Shown here piece after piece: positions 14,116-27,220 of a stretch of 64,000 nt of DNA. Source of the DNA: Acanthaster planci. Lineage: Eukaryota. Within the stretch, counting starts at the first letter, position 1, and the number at the start of each line of letters is the position of its first letter. Below the pieces are notes generated by a model. It saw nothing but the letters and a program-made list of their open reading frames with translations. It had not been told where the DNA came from and did not search any database. Location of the stretch: contig NW_019091356.1 in assembly GCF_001949145.1 (NCBI RefSeq), positions 1,116,789-1,180,788 of the forward strand, in the 5' to 3' direction. The position numbers and the translations under genes are program-made.

Positions 14116-14794
14116 NNNNNNNNNNNNNNNNNNNNNNNNNNNNNNNNNNNNNNNNNNNNNNNNNNNNNNNNNNNNNNNNNNNNNNNNNNNNNNNNNNNNN
14201 NNNNNNNNNNNNNNNNNNNNNNNNNNNNNNNNNNNNNNNNNNNNNNNNNNNNNNNNNNNNNNNNNNNNNNNNNNNNNNNNNNNNNNNNNNNNNNNNNNNN
14301 NNNNNNNNNNNNNNNNNNNNNNNNNNNNNNNNNNNNNNNNNNNNNNNNNNNNNNNNNNNNNNNNNNNNNNNNNNNNNNNNNNNNNNNNNNNNNNNNNNNN
14401 NNNNNNNNNNNNNNNNNNNNNNNNNNNNNNNNNNNNNNNNNNNNNNNNNNNNNNNNNNNNNNNNNNNNNNNNNNNNNNNNNNNNNNNNNNNNNNNNNNNN
14501 NNNNNNNNNNNNNNNNNNNNNNNNNNNNNNNNNNNNNNNNNNNNNNNNNNNNNNNNNNNNNNNNNNNNNNNNNNNNNNNNNNNNNNNNNNNNNNNNNNNN
14601 NNNNNNNNNNNNNNNNNNNNNNNNNNNNNNNNNNNNNNNNNNNNNNNNNNNNNNNNNNNNNNNNNNNNNNNNNNNNNNNNNNNNNNNNNNNNNNNNNNNN
14701 NNNNNNNNNNNNNNNNNNNNNNNNNNNNNNNNNNNNNNNNNNNNNNNNNNNNNNNNNNNNNNNNNNNNNNNNNNNNNNNNNNNNNNNNNNNNNN
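14116..14794. other. Assembly gap (N run)
   Basis: Continuous N bases. Confidence 1.
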
Positions 14795-16837
14795 GATTTC
14801 GTTTTGAATTTGCCGCAACGCAGCAACGCAATTCGATTAGTAGTAACTCTACAGTATTTTAGTCCCCGAAAAAGCAACGGAATCAAGGACCTTTCCTACG
14901 ATGAGGTACTAAATTACTCTCTTCAATCCGATTTGGCAATTAAGAGATGAACAATTGCTTTAGTCTTTTTCATTTAGAATAATGATGTTCTGTTGAATAA
15001 ATAGAGCCTGAAAAATCAAGCACTTTCCTTCAATGCCCACTTGCCGGAATTCGTGTTTCTTCTCATATTTTTACCGTCATTAATAAAATGTATGTTTTCC
15101 CTTTCATAAGGGTGATCCGGTCTTAATTTAACCCTGACAAGTAAGAAATAAACATTAAAACTCGTAGCAGCATCTCGGAACCAGTTTTAATATTACACTT
15201 TTACATTCCAATCTTTGCATAGACACCTCTAATTTGATGGCTTGTTCAAATTTGCCCTAATTACTTTTGGCGATAATTCGTTGTGCTATTACAGCCTGCA
15301 AGTTTTCTGAAACTCCGTTAAATTATTCAGCTACACACAGCATCAAGTAACCTGCAATTCTGCTTGTTAATATCACATGCTATTCAGGCAGTATTACAAA
15401 TTTTAAAAGCCTACTTTTTATTCTTAGAAATTACAATAACTATGCTAACTTGTTAACAGTCATTTGTTACACTCTTAAGTGGGCCATATTTACACAGACA
15501 GAACAGGTCGCGCGATGACTCGAAGCGAGCACACCAGTTCCTTAATAGGTGTGTACACCGATAGTGGATAAGCCGACGGATGGAGTGCTAAATGGTTTTA
15601 TACGGAAACCAATCAAAGATGATGACCTGAGACAGGGACACGCATCAGTTGACCAACGTAATCTCGTTATATGTGACGTCACGCATGGACAGGCGCGTTG
15701 AGCGATTCCCCGATTCGCCCACGTTGTCTACCATACTTCTAATGGGCGCCATTGTTATTGGAAAACACAGGAAATACATAACAAAAATTGTTTGTAGACA
15801 CGGAAAGGGTTTTTGCCTTATGCGTAAAATTAGAGCAAATTATCGCCGGGCATAGGCCTACCACTTTCAAAAACCGCCGCTCGTTACTGCTTGTCTGCGT
15901 AAATGGGGGCCTTATACAGCAAGGTACACATTACTTGAAAAGATAAAACTTTATCTTCCCTTCGGGACAAAATCAAATTAAGGAAAAGGCGGAAAATGCA
16001 CACCCACCTATTCCCATTTGTGTATTCCAGATGAGCTAGTCAGCCCTACCGTATTGAAGATTCTCCAAGAGCATAATTAAGTCTAATAGGAATGACCAAA
16101 TAATATGATAGGATTAGGCATAGCCAATGGTCACAGGATATTAAGGATTATTCTGCCTCCTAACTCATTCAATTATAGGTCAAATAAATCGGCAGCAAGA
16201 ACTTGAGCAACAAGCACAGGCGAGTTCTGATGAAATGCCTGTGCTATGCTAGTGTGTGCAAGCTGCCGTGGGCTTACTGAGTAATCTAAACACAGCCATG
16301 TTTTTTGCGGTTTATTTATTCATTTTGGAATTTTGCAAGAATCGGTGAGAATGTTTCGATATATGGTGTCTTATGGAGATCCAGGAGAATGGGTTGAATA
16401 GGTCTCCATAAGGAATTTCTAAAGGTGTATAGGTCTCTACAAGGATTTCACGAAACTGATATTTGGAAATTGCTCAAAAAGAAGAAATTTTTAATGTGCA
16501 AGAATCTGTCGCAAATTGAAGTGTTTCATAATAATGTATGAGGGACCTGAAATTCCAGTCCAGGAGAGTGATTCATGTTGAAATGTGAACATTTTTAAAA
16601 CATTGTTTCACACACAGCCGAATTAGTACTGGAGAACAAAGCCATGTCTTCACAAGGATACAAATTTTGGTATACATGATTAGGACATGGTCTTGGAGTG
16701 TGCAAACAGGATGAACTCAACTAACACTAAAATTGGAAAACAAACACATGCTGATCACCAAATCTAGACCCCCATTTTCAAAATGTATCAAACATCAACC
16801 ACGGTGTTTTGGAAGTTAATTCTTACAAATAGCCTAT

Positions 16838-17190
16838 TTGAGTTCATTGTCTAAGCATACCGACATGACTGTTGCTATAGCTTCTAGAATAGACCTAATT
16901 GTAGGCCTCATTACTAGAATTTATGGGATGTCGCACTCAGATTCCCGTTACAGGGAGGTTTTGTATTATGAAGTTTTATGTCTGCCTATTCTTGAGTATG
17001 GTGTACCAGCATGGCAACCCTATAAAAAGAATCAATTCAAATTTAATCATTTGAGTGCATTCGCCACAGCATTATTTCAAATGGTCGCACCTTCCCATCA
17101 TTTTTATACTGATCATTTAGTTAACCCTAGCATCTCATACTTCAGTCAAGAACGTGGTATCTTACTTTTCCGTACAGGCTAGTCTTACGA
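16838..17190 (+). mobile_element. Degenerate LINE ORF2 C-terminal fragment
   Basis: LYYEVLCLPILEYGVPAWQPY resembles the post-RT LY...RP.LEY...W.P motif of non-LTR elements. Confidence 0.65.
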
Positions 17191-18637
17191 TTTAAGAGTT
17201 TTTAACTTGTTCTATCGATTAATTTTAGTCGAAGAAGTGACACTCTTCATTTTATTTGCATTTTTGCTTTACAACAATTACCTGTTCTTCGGACTTTCCT
17301 AGACAAAGAGTTTACTAACGGAGTAAGTTAGAAATGAATTAATTTTTAATTTTAAGAGTTTGAAAACAGGATTAAGACTGGTTTAGGCACGCAGCTGTGT
17401 GGAGGTACCGTATACTAGGTTGGTGTCAGTGATTTTTGTTAGTATCTTTAGATCGTCATTGTTTTTCATTGTTTGATGTCGATTGCCAATAAACTCCACA
17501 TACCCTGCCTCATATCTTTGTAAGTCCTTTGTATTTGCTCCTTTGCTTACTTTTGTTCACTTGTTGGGATGTTACGTTCNTTTGTTTTCTACGTCTTGTA
17601 TGTTTGTATCTGTCTGTTTTATAAGTTGTCCTGTTTTGTCTGTCTCTGTGTCTTGGGAAAAGTTGCAATGTTGTAGTTGGACAGCCTCTCGACATGTTTA
17701 TTGTATAGCTTTTTAGGCAATCCTCAAGTCCGCATAATGATACAATATTTTTTTCAATTTTTCGTTTAACGGTTCTCTGTGTCTTAACCTCTTGTAGTTT
17801 GTCCTTTTCACCTTCTTTGTCTGGTCGCTTAATCTTACAAAATTGATTTTTAATACTGTTATAATATTTGCATTTTTCAATGTCCTGTATTTTGCCTGAG
17901 AAAATCAGCTAAAAATAGTTTTGCACAGACTTGGTCTCCCTTGGAATGACAAAATCAGTTCATATATTTTCATTTGTCGTAGAAATTGGAACACAAAGTT
18001 TGAAATAATTTCAGCTCACGCATGTCTTTGCATTATTTTAAACATGTAATCGTTTAAAATTAAACTCCTTTTGGATATAATCGTGCGTCAGTGTTCAGAA
18101 AGTGTACCCGATAACGTATTTCTGTGTCTTGTTATTAACACCAAAATGTGTCATTGTCTCTCAGTTTATTAACACATCAACACTACAACAAAGTGTCACA
18201 GGAAGGCGTTTAAAAGGCGTGCAAACATTAACTGTTATACTTGTTTTTAGGGTGTATATAAAGAAGTCAAGGACTGAGAAAAACCAAGCGCTTTTACAAA
18301 AAAATAAAGTCACATTAACACAATCAATTAACAGTTTGTGTAATTGATGCTTTTCAAACACAATAATTAACATTATTAAGACGTCTATTACTTGAACCTC
18401 GAAATAAAGCAGCAAAGTTTAGCCAGCGTAATGTTCACATTGATTCATTGCACCTTTCCTTTTGCACATAAATATACTCAAGCAAGCAAGTGCGGAATCT
18501 ACTATTTGCAATTATTCATAAAATCTGTTCCCTGTCTTTCGTGTTTCCAATTAAATAATTTGTACAATCTTGTTTAGACCTCATTACCATAGAAGAGAAG
18601 TGTGTACTTTGAAATCAAAGATGGCGCCATCATGACG

Positions 18638-19081
18638 TCACTCCGAGTCCTTATATAGTGGCTTTATGAAATTCCGTTTTCCTAGCGTTTGCGGGGCGCG
18701 ACACATCCAGATCCAGCCATCCAGAGCTTGCGTGTACTCGTTCCAGACGTTGTCATCTAAGATTGCCATTTGTGCTGGATCAAGATGGCGCATACGGCCC
18801 ATGAGCTTGTCCAGTTGGCTGTCGGTATAGGAGGGCGAGATCACGATGGTGGAGTCATTGAGTATATCGGCTGCAATCGCAGACAGGTCATCCAGGTGTT
18901 GACGATATGTGTTCATAATGATAGGCCGGTCGCTATAAGCGCATTGACCCTTACAACGCATGACCTGAGTGGCAAGGACACATGCTGCTAGACACACCAG
19001 AAGTGTGTGAAAGGACCACTGGTGACCACGTCCATGAACTTGCCTGATATAGGAGCCCACAAGAGTAATTCCACCAGCCAT
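18638..19081 (-). CDS. Small secreted protein, family member A1 (147 aa): signal peptide, C-x79-C core, QTL-GKR amidation/cleavage site
   Basis: Acceptor tttcactacAG at 19102-19100, 18 nt before the ATG. Hydrophobic TLLVCLAACVLA, then QCAYSD...WIWMCRAPQTLGKR. GC-richer than its flanks and alignable with the ORFs at 44.7 and 52.1 kb. Confidence 0.85.
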   Translation of the reverse strand: MAGGITLVGSYIRQVHGRGHQWSFHTLLVCLAACVLATQVMRCKGQCAYSDRPIIMNTYRQHLDDLSAIAADILNDSTIVISPSYTDSQLDKLMGRMRHLDPAQMAILDDNVWNEYTQALDGWIWMCRAPQTLGKRNFIKPLYKDSE

Positions 19082-19457
19082 AGTTTGTGGTTCTTGACTC
19101 TGTAGTGAAAGACAAACAAAACCGAAAAATGTAAAATCTTATAATTGTGGGCAAGAGTGGAAAGTATAGGTGTTGTAAGAAACATTTTATTCAATCTGTT
19201 TATTCTAAGTCGACTCAATTAAAGTCCAACGAAACGAAAGCACAGGATTAGATAACTAATAATAAAACAGAGCCCCCCCCCAAAAAAAAAACTGCTACCG
19301 AATGCTTAGTGATGCAAATGACCTCAAATGTACAAGTCTTAAAATTAAGGTGGTCCGACGTTTTGATCACTGCAGAATCTTTCTGAAATGACCTGGTCAT
19401 TAGGAAAGAGTAACACTTCCCAACAGAAATCGAATATTCGTGTATGAGATTCAGCAT

Positions 19458-19607
19458 AGCCTAAAGGCCCGCTTCATACTTCATGCAAAAGCGAAAACGA
19501 ACTCGACTTTGTGACGTCAGATCAAATATTTGCTTTGCGAATGCGTAGATGCGTAATTTTGTCGTGACGTCAAATTCGCTTTTCGCCTGAAGCACGAATA
19601 GGCCTTA
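19458..19607. mobile_element. Short MITE-like element with terminal inverted repeats (second copy ~21973-22156)
   Basis: aaggcccgcttcatacttc ... gaagcacgaataggcctt, with internal inverted TGACGTCA-containing arms. Confidence 0.55.
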
Positions 19608-21197
19608 AGTCTGTACTCAGCGGCTTGATTAAGGAAATACATATGTGTTGGCTGAATTTTCCCCTTCTCTCATTACTTAAAAAACCAAAGGAGGGAGGGG
19701 TCGACTCCTGAGGGGCGTGGCCCCTGGCGTCATCCACCCACTATCCGTCTTTGAGAAGTGGTTCGCACGCACGCACGCATTGACGCATGCACGCAAGTAT
19801 ATTAACTAATAATAATAATAAATACCTAGGTACCAGTACGTATAATAACACTTCGCAGGATCTACCCAATAGTTTTCACGTCACTATATAGGTACGTCCT
19901 ATTTTTCACATACCTGAGTAAGTACATAATGTGATTACTATAAGTATCATTCATCCTATAGCATCGATATAATTCATGCAGCCATCTATGAGAGATGTAT
20001 TGCCGGTATTAACCGAACTAATACAGAATGCCTGGTGACAAAATCTTTATTTATTTAAGCCAAGCTAGTGTGCTTCTGGTTAAAAACAACGTGTGCCCCC
20101 AATTTCTAATACATTCTTAGAAAATTTGACTTCAGGTTATTCTCAAACCCGTCCACATTCTCAATCCACTTGATATCATATTTTACACCCGGAAGAGTAG
20201 TGTCAAGTCATTGGTTTTAGACCTAAATAAAAAAATGAAATATTTATTTTCTCTAACTGTTGGAGACGGGCGTTCATTAAGGGAAGTTGGCGAAATGAAC
20301 ACAGGATTTAGAATTTTATGTCGAAAACAAAAACACCCTTTCGGGGGTAATCCTCTTTGGGGGCGGGGACACAATTCATGACTGGGGTGCAGAAAAAGAA
20401 ATTTCAACGATATTATGCCATCAAACCAAAGTATTGACAATTCTCTCTTATTTTGGCTTCNGGGAAGTGCCTTGGACTATGTTACTCAAGCATGATTAAT
20501 TTGCATAACATTCCTTGCCACTATGTATTCTCTGACAAATTTGGTTTTGAATAGCCCTCTACACTCTGCAGTGGGTGTGTGGGGACAAACTCAAATCTGA
20601 AAGTAACTCTTAGCCCAATAATTTTTCTTTCTACCAATATTTATATAACCACGGTTTTCACACATTTCCCAACTTGTGATGTTAATGTAATATAAACATG
20701 ATTTATAAACTTCTCACATTGTGACAGCGTGCAAACATTAACTGTTATACTTGTTTTTAGGGTGTATATAAAGAAGTCAAGGACTGCGAAAAACCAAGCG
20801 CTTTTACAAAAAAATAAAGTCACATTAACACAATCAATTAATAGTTGTGTAATTGATGCTTTTCAAACACAATAATTAACATTATTAAGACGTCTATTAC
20901 TTGAACCTCGAAATAAAGCAGCAAAGTTTAGCCAGCGTAATGTTCACATTGATTCATTGCACCTTTCCTTTTGCACATAAATATACTCAAGCAAGCAAGT
21001 GCGGAATCTACTATTTGCAATTATTCATAAAATCTGTTCCCTGTCTTTCGTGTTTCCAATTAAATAATTTGTACGATCTTGTTTAGACCTCATTACCATA
21101 GAAGAGAAGTGTGTACTTTGAAATCAAAGATGGCGCCATCATGACGTCACTCCGAGTCCTTATATAGTGGCTTTATGACATTCCGTTTTCCTAGCGC

Positions 21198-21590
21198 TTA
21201 CGGGGCGCGACACATCCAGATCCAGCCATCCAGAGCTTGCGTGTACTCGTTCCAGACGTTGTCATCTAAGATTGCCATTTGTGCTGGATCATGTTGGCGC
21301 ATACGGCCAATGAGCTTCTCCAGTTGGCTGTCGGTATAGGAGGGCGAGATCACGATGGTGGAGTCATTGAGTATATCGGCTGCAATCGCAGACAGGTCAT
21401 CCAGGTGTTGACGATATGTGTTCATAATGATGGGCCGGTCGCTATCAGCGCATTGACCCTTACAAAGCATGACCTGAGTGGCAAGGACACATGCTGCTAG
21501 ACACACCAGAAGTGTGTGAAAGGACCACTGGTGACCACGTCCATGAACTTGCCTGATATAGGAGCCCACAAGAGTAATTCCACCAGCCAT
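21198..21590 (-). CDS. Small secreted protein, family member A2 (130 aa): near-identical to A1 but ends at CRAP*
   Basis: ATG at 21590, acceptor at 21613-21611. Ten substitutions versus A1 over the homologous 444 nt, including CAA>TAA four codons after the second Cys. Confidence 0.8.
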   Translation of the reverse strand: MAGGITLVGSYIRQVHGRGHQWSFHTLLVCLAACVLATQVMLCKGQCADSDRPIIMNTYRQHLDDLSAIAADILNDSTIVISPSYTDSQLEKLIGRMRQHDPAQMAILDDNVWNEYTQALDGWIWMCRAP

Positions 21591-23030
21591 AGTTTGTCGT
21601 ACTTTTGACACTGTAGTGAAAGACAAACAAAACCGAAAAATCTAAAATCTTATAATTGTGGGCAAGAGTGGAAAGTATAGGTGTTGTAAGAAACATTTTA
21701 TTCAATCTATTTATTCTAAGTCGACTCAATTAAAGTCCAACGAAACGAAAGCACAAGGATTAGATAACTAATAATAAAAAGAGAGCCCCCCCCCAAAAAA
21801 AAACTGCTACCAAATGCTTAGTGATGCAAATGACCTCAAATGTACAAGTCTTAAAATCAAGGTGGTCCGACCTTTCGATCACTGCAGAATCTTTCTGAAA
21901 TGACCTGGTCATTAGGAAAGAGTAACACTTCCCAACAGAAATCGAATATTCGTGTATGAGATTCAGCACAACCTAAAGGCCCGCTTCATACTTCGTGCAA
22001 AAGCGAAAACGAACCCGACTTTGTGACGTCAGATCAAATATTTGCTTTGCGAATGCGTAGAAGTTGAACACATTTCATTAATTGGAGTTAATTTTCGTTG
22101 TAAATTTTGTCGTGACGTCAAATTCGCTTTTCGCCTGAAGCACGAATAGGCCTTAAGTCTGTACTCGGCGGCTTGATTAAGGAAATACATATGTGTTGGC
22201 TGAAGTTTCCCCTTCTCCCATTACTTAAAAAACCAAAGGAGGGAGGGGTCGACTCCTGAGGGGCGTGGCCCCTGGCGTCATCCACCCACTATCCGTCTTT
22301 GAGAAGTGTTTCGCACGCACGCACGCATTGACGCATGCACGTAAGTATATTAATTAATTAATAATAATAATAATAAATACCTAGGTACAAGTACGTATAA
22401 TAACGCTTCGCAGGATGTACCCCATAGTTTTCACGTCACTATATAGGTACGTCCTATTTTTCACATACCTGAGTAATAATACATAAGTACATAATGTTAT
22501 TACTATAAGTATCATTCATCCTATAGCATGGATATAATTCATGCAGCCATCTATGAGAGATGTATTGCCGGTATTAACCGAACTAATACAGAATGCCTGG
22601 TGACAAAATCTAATTTATTTAAGCCAAGCTAGTGTGCTTCTGGTTAAAAACAACGTGTGCCCCCCAAATAAATTTCTAATACATTCTAAGAAAATTTGAC
22701 TTCAGGTTATTCTCAAACCCGTCCAGATTCTCAATCCACTTGATATCATATTTTACACCCGGAAGAGTAGTTTCAAGTCATTGGTTTTAGACTTAAAGAA
22801 AAAAATGAAATGTTTATTTTCTCTAACTGTTGGAGACGGGGCGTTCATTAAGGGAAGTTGGCGAAATGAACACAGGATTTAGAATTTTATGTCGAAAACA
22901 AAAACACCCTTTCGGGGGTAATCCTCTTTGGGGGCGGGGACACAATTCATGACTGGGTGCAGAAAAAGAAATTTCAACGATATTATGCCATCAAACCAAA
23001 GTATTGGCAATTCTCTCTTATTTTGGCTTT

Positions 23031-23284
23031 NNNNNNNNNNNNNNNNNNNNNNNNNNNNNNNNNNNNNNNNNNNNNNNNNNNNNNNNNNNNNNNNNNNNNN
23101 NNNNNNNNNNNNNNNNNNNNNNNNNNNNNNNNNNNNNNNNNNNNNNNNNNNNNNNNNNNNNNNNNNNNNNNNNNNNNNNNNNNNNNNNNNNNNNNNNNNN
23201 NNNNNNNNNNNNNNNNNNNNNNNNNNNNNNNNNNNNNNNNNNNNNNNNNNNNNNNNNNNNNNNNNNNNNNNNNNNNNNNNNNNN
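23031..23284. other. Assembly gap (N run)
   Basis: Continuous N bases. Confidence 1.
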
Positions 23285-24002
23285 AGCGGTCAAGTCAGAA
23301 AAGTTACTCAATTGAACGATTTCCACTTATTAAATAAAATATATTAATTTATTCTCTTGCTACTGTTTCTACTGGGATATTTGGGTGTGGAGAAATTCAA
23401 AGTAACTAAGGAACAACAATCCTTTTTCAATATTTCTCAAAACTTTGAAAAGAGAGTTGGGAGGTCTATTTTATGAACAAAAGCACTTTGTGAAATATTG
23501 AGGGGAATGGGCAAACCACAAAGAAAGATGATACTGAATGTAACAAGAAATAATATTGTGTGTTAATTAGATTTTTTTCTTAAAGTGAACGTTCAATAAG
23601 TCTGTTCTGCACATTTATTTGGTTGAATACAGACACAAATTTTATCTTTTGTGCGAAATCACTTTTTTCTCCAACTTATGGAAATATATTATTAATATTA
23701 GTTTAACGCCTAAAGCTGATGTCTGTTAAAATTTCCTCGGAGGACGAATGACTTTTCCTAAGTTATCAATTCAGTGTCTACAATATGAAACAAAAAAGAG
23801 TCTGATTCCTAATCTTCTGTATACCCTTTTTATAACGCTGGGTAAAAAAGTGGTTTTACAAATAATATTTTCTATAACCGTTGGGTAAAGAGACAAGTAT
23901 AATATTGGGAAAGAATCATTGCGGTATGGTAATTATACTTGCCGAGATTTTTACAGTGACGTAGGTTTATTGGCTTCTGTTTAGCGCCCCCCGAACGGAG
24001 AT

Positions 24003-24075
24003 ATTGGTAAAGCTCTGGTACGGTGTTCCAGAGGTCGCAGGTTCAAATCCCGCTCCAGTCAATTTGTTTGTTCAT
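24003..24075 (+). mobile_element. tRNA-derived SINE fragment
   Basis: ttggtaaagc (partial A-box), ggttcaaatcc (B-box), then a T-rich tail; no complete cloverleaf. Confidence 0.65.
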
Positions 24076-27006
24076 CTTTGTAATCATTATATAGTTGACA
24101 GAGAAAAAAATTTCATGCCATCTAATGTCATGTCTGGGACACCGTGCATTACTTGTTCATTTTTTATTTCATATTTCCTTAACTGGGCGCATTGTGAAGG
24201 AAATTTGGCAACCGTCACGGATACGTTATAGTCAGACGAAACCTAATAAGTCACGAAGATGCGACATTACGGTATTGATTGTAACCATAATTATCATGTT
24301 GACAAGATGTCCCTACGTCTACAACTCAGAAAGGTTCTAAATTATTCGTAACACTACAGATGATTTCCAAAGTCAATTTCTCGGTTGAAGAGTTTTTTGG
24401 GTACTATCTATAAATTATCTATAATTTACCATGCTCACATAATGGGGGCACGATTTTTTTATCGAACAACCTTGCCTCGCTTCTGGCTATTTGTTGAAAT
24501 CGGATTTAATTATCCACGAAATGAAGGCGGGACATTAATAGTAATTAAAGGTGGGAATGGTGTGCAGACTCTCGAGTGAATTCACCGAGTTCGCAAACCT
24601 TTTCAACCTTTTTAACCCTTTGACAATGAGTTTATAGCAAATACGAGGCTTTGGGGTACGTTGTAGAATAGGTAGGTTGTTAATTGACCGATTGAGTTAT
24701 TTCTAGGGTGAATTTCCGAGAGCAGAGTAGTTAGGCTTTATCTGCTTAACGATGTCAGGCCTGGTGCTAAATCAAACGAGCATAGGGCGGTAAGATTGAA
24801 CAAAGTGGGCGGAGTAATATACACATCAGGGTTATTGTGTTGTTCTGGTCTCCACCTGTGGCCCCACGTTTAGCAGATCTTGTAATGGGGTAGGTCCTAA
24901 TGGATCCGTCTATTAATGGCTGATGTCGGTGGTTTAACAACTCCCCCCCCACACACACTCTTTTGAAAATAGTTCCGCCGCTGTTGCCTTACTCCTTCAC
25001 AGATGAATCCAATACTTTTTTGGGTAAACACACTGTAGAGATGCGCAGCAATCGAACCACCATCCGTGAAAGGGTTGAAAAGTTTTGCTTAGAAAATTGT
25101 GACAGACATTTAACAATCTTCCAATCAGGCAGCAGCAGTACCTTAACCCTGAGGTTTGTCTAATTTAAATGGTGATCGAATGGAACAGCGCTGATAAACA
25201 AGCTACCAACACGGCTACACTCAGACTATATAAAAATAGTCATGAATAAAACGTGATGTATTTCATGCTATTCCGTCCCAGATTATACAGTTGCGAATGA
25301 ATCATTAATGTTTTTTAAATCTGATTTTTTATGTTATGTATTTTTAAGGGGTGAGACATTGACGCTGTTTTCAAATGCAGAGTGACTAAAATTAATTGAA
25401 CCTTATTTGATTTTGAAGTGATTTGGAGAAAGAATACTTCGAAACTAAGCTGCGTTTCGCCACCACAATTTCCGCCTGTGATTAATGTTTACATTAAATA
25501 CCACGAAAACTACAATTTAACTTGTGACAAAAAAACACGCACCGATCCACTAGCCCCATGGGGATGCTATTATGTCGGCAAATAAATAAAACTAAATCTA
25601 AGAAGAGGAGCAAAAAAGTTTTTTTCCCTTGCGACAGGAGCTACATGCCCTGTGTCTCAGACGAGACCATTACCGTAACCAGGCGCTTTTATGACAAGGC
25701 ACGCTCGCTCCTCAAAATTATGTCAGCTGGAAAGTATCCAGCCGTAGAATTCAGTCGTCCAAACGCAAAGTTCTAAGAATGCATTTGCATGGATCAAGGG
25801 AGTGATTTTTATATAATGAATACATTAAACAGTGCTTTAGCGCTCTTTATTATATCAAAATCAAAATTAATCAAAATAACTTTGCCCTTGGTATCCATTT
25901 GACATTTTTCTCTCATAAATCACAACAGGCCAATCCCCCCACAAAAAAAAAAAATACACAAACCTGGTAATGTTGTAGAAATGAATAATTATATGAACTG
26001 TTGATCAAAATCATTTCAGTTAGATCGCATTTCAGAAATAAATGCTAGAAATAGTTTGGAAAAACATGACGGACGGTTAAAAAGTTAAGATTTTGAAATT
26101 TTCATGCGTTTTGATAACACTTGGTGACACAAAAACAAGTTAACATTCCACATCTCTGCCCGCCAAATTCCCCTTGGGTGTACTTGGCTTTGACAAACTA
26201 AACGGCTCGCTGTAAACGCATAACTTTATGACAGGAGTTCTGTACAAAATAAGTAGCCACTGATGTAGCAAGCAGACTACTGTTCTTGATTGAGAAGACG
26301 CACATAACATGGCACACATATATACAATGGTGAGAAATTTTGTGACCTGCTGTTTCAAAACCAGGCTGATCTCTTGAAAGTCTACATTTTGGCTGCAGAA
26401 GGGTATATACCGGTAGTGAGGCCTCTAAAAAGGCAGTGAAAACATAAACAGTGGAAGTTCCACTTTTTTCAGCCTAGTTTTGGGGTAGTGGGTCACATGG
26501 AGATCACGAGTGGGGTTCATCCTTTTCTTGAGTACTTGATAAAAATGTAATGCGCGTGAAAAATGGCCCATGGAGTACATGTATATAGGACACTACCCAA
26601 CAATATTTGCTTCAGAAAAGCTACTGAGGATGATGCAAATTAACTGGTCAAAAGTGCCTGATTATTGCGTCTTTGAAAAAAAAATTGGGGGGAACAAGGA
26701 AATACTACACTTTGCCATAAATTACACAGCTAAAAAAATTTTACCGTCTCTCTGAGAATTTTTGATATTCTCATAGTAGCTAGTGAATTGCTTAGTACAG
26801 CTCTGCATTAACTTGAATACTGGAACATCTACCAGCGCTATATGCCCTGGGTGTCATAGAATATATGGCATGGGGGCTTAAAACCTTTGAAACATTGCAT
26901 CTTGCCGGCTGCTGTTTTATATTACCCCCGCTCATGAAATGACAATAGTTGAAGATTAATCTTTGGGATGAGGGAAAATGATTTCATTTGTCTGTCTCAA
27001 GCTTAC

Positions 27007-27220
27007 CTGAGTTTCCTCTCAATCGCACGCCTTAACGATTTTCCCGGGTTGTGTGATAGTGCTGGCCTCCGGCTCGAGACTGTTGAAACAATACCCGATG
27101 TGTCTGGTTGTCAATCGAAGACAGCAAGCCAAACCGACGGGTAGGACCGACAATGTGCAGTTTGCAACAGCTAGATAGTTTACTTCGAAGTACCTTTCCC
27201 GTTAGTGACCAGCCAAGGAC
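27007..27220 (-). other. Putative non-coding first exon upstream of A1/A2
   Basis: Strong donor CAG|GTAAGC at 27007/27006, CpG-richer sequence, and TATA-like GATAAAA at ~27248-27242. The link to the A1/A2 acceptors is inferred. Confidence 0.4.

Larger units (their letters stand above)
18217..23030. repeat. Tandem duplication of ~2.25-2.3 kb (copy 1 18217-20460, copy 2 20727-23030), each copy carrying a secreted-protein coding exon
   Basis: Near-identical sequence at an offset of ~2510. Both copies end at ...ttattttggctt immediately before an N (single n at 20461; gap from 23031). Confidence 0.95.

Noticed and set aside
19510..19575. Paired TGACGTCA (CRE) sites upstream of the A1/A2 coding exons
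   Set aside because: They lie inside a MITE-like palindrome; there is no evidence of regulatory function.
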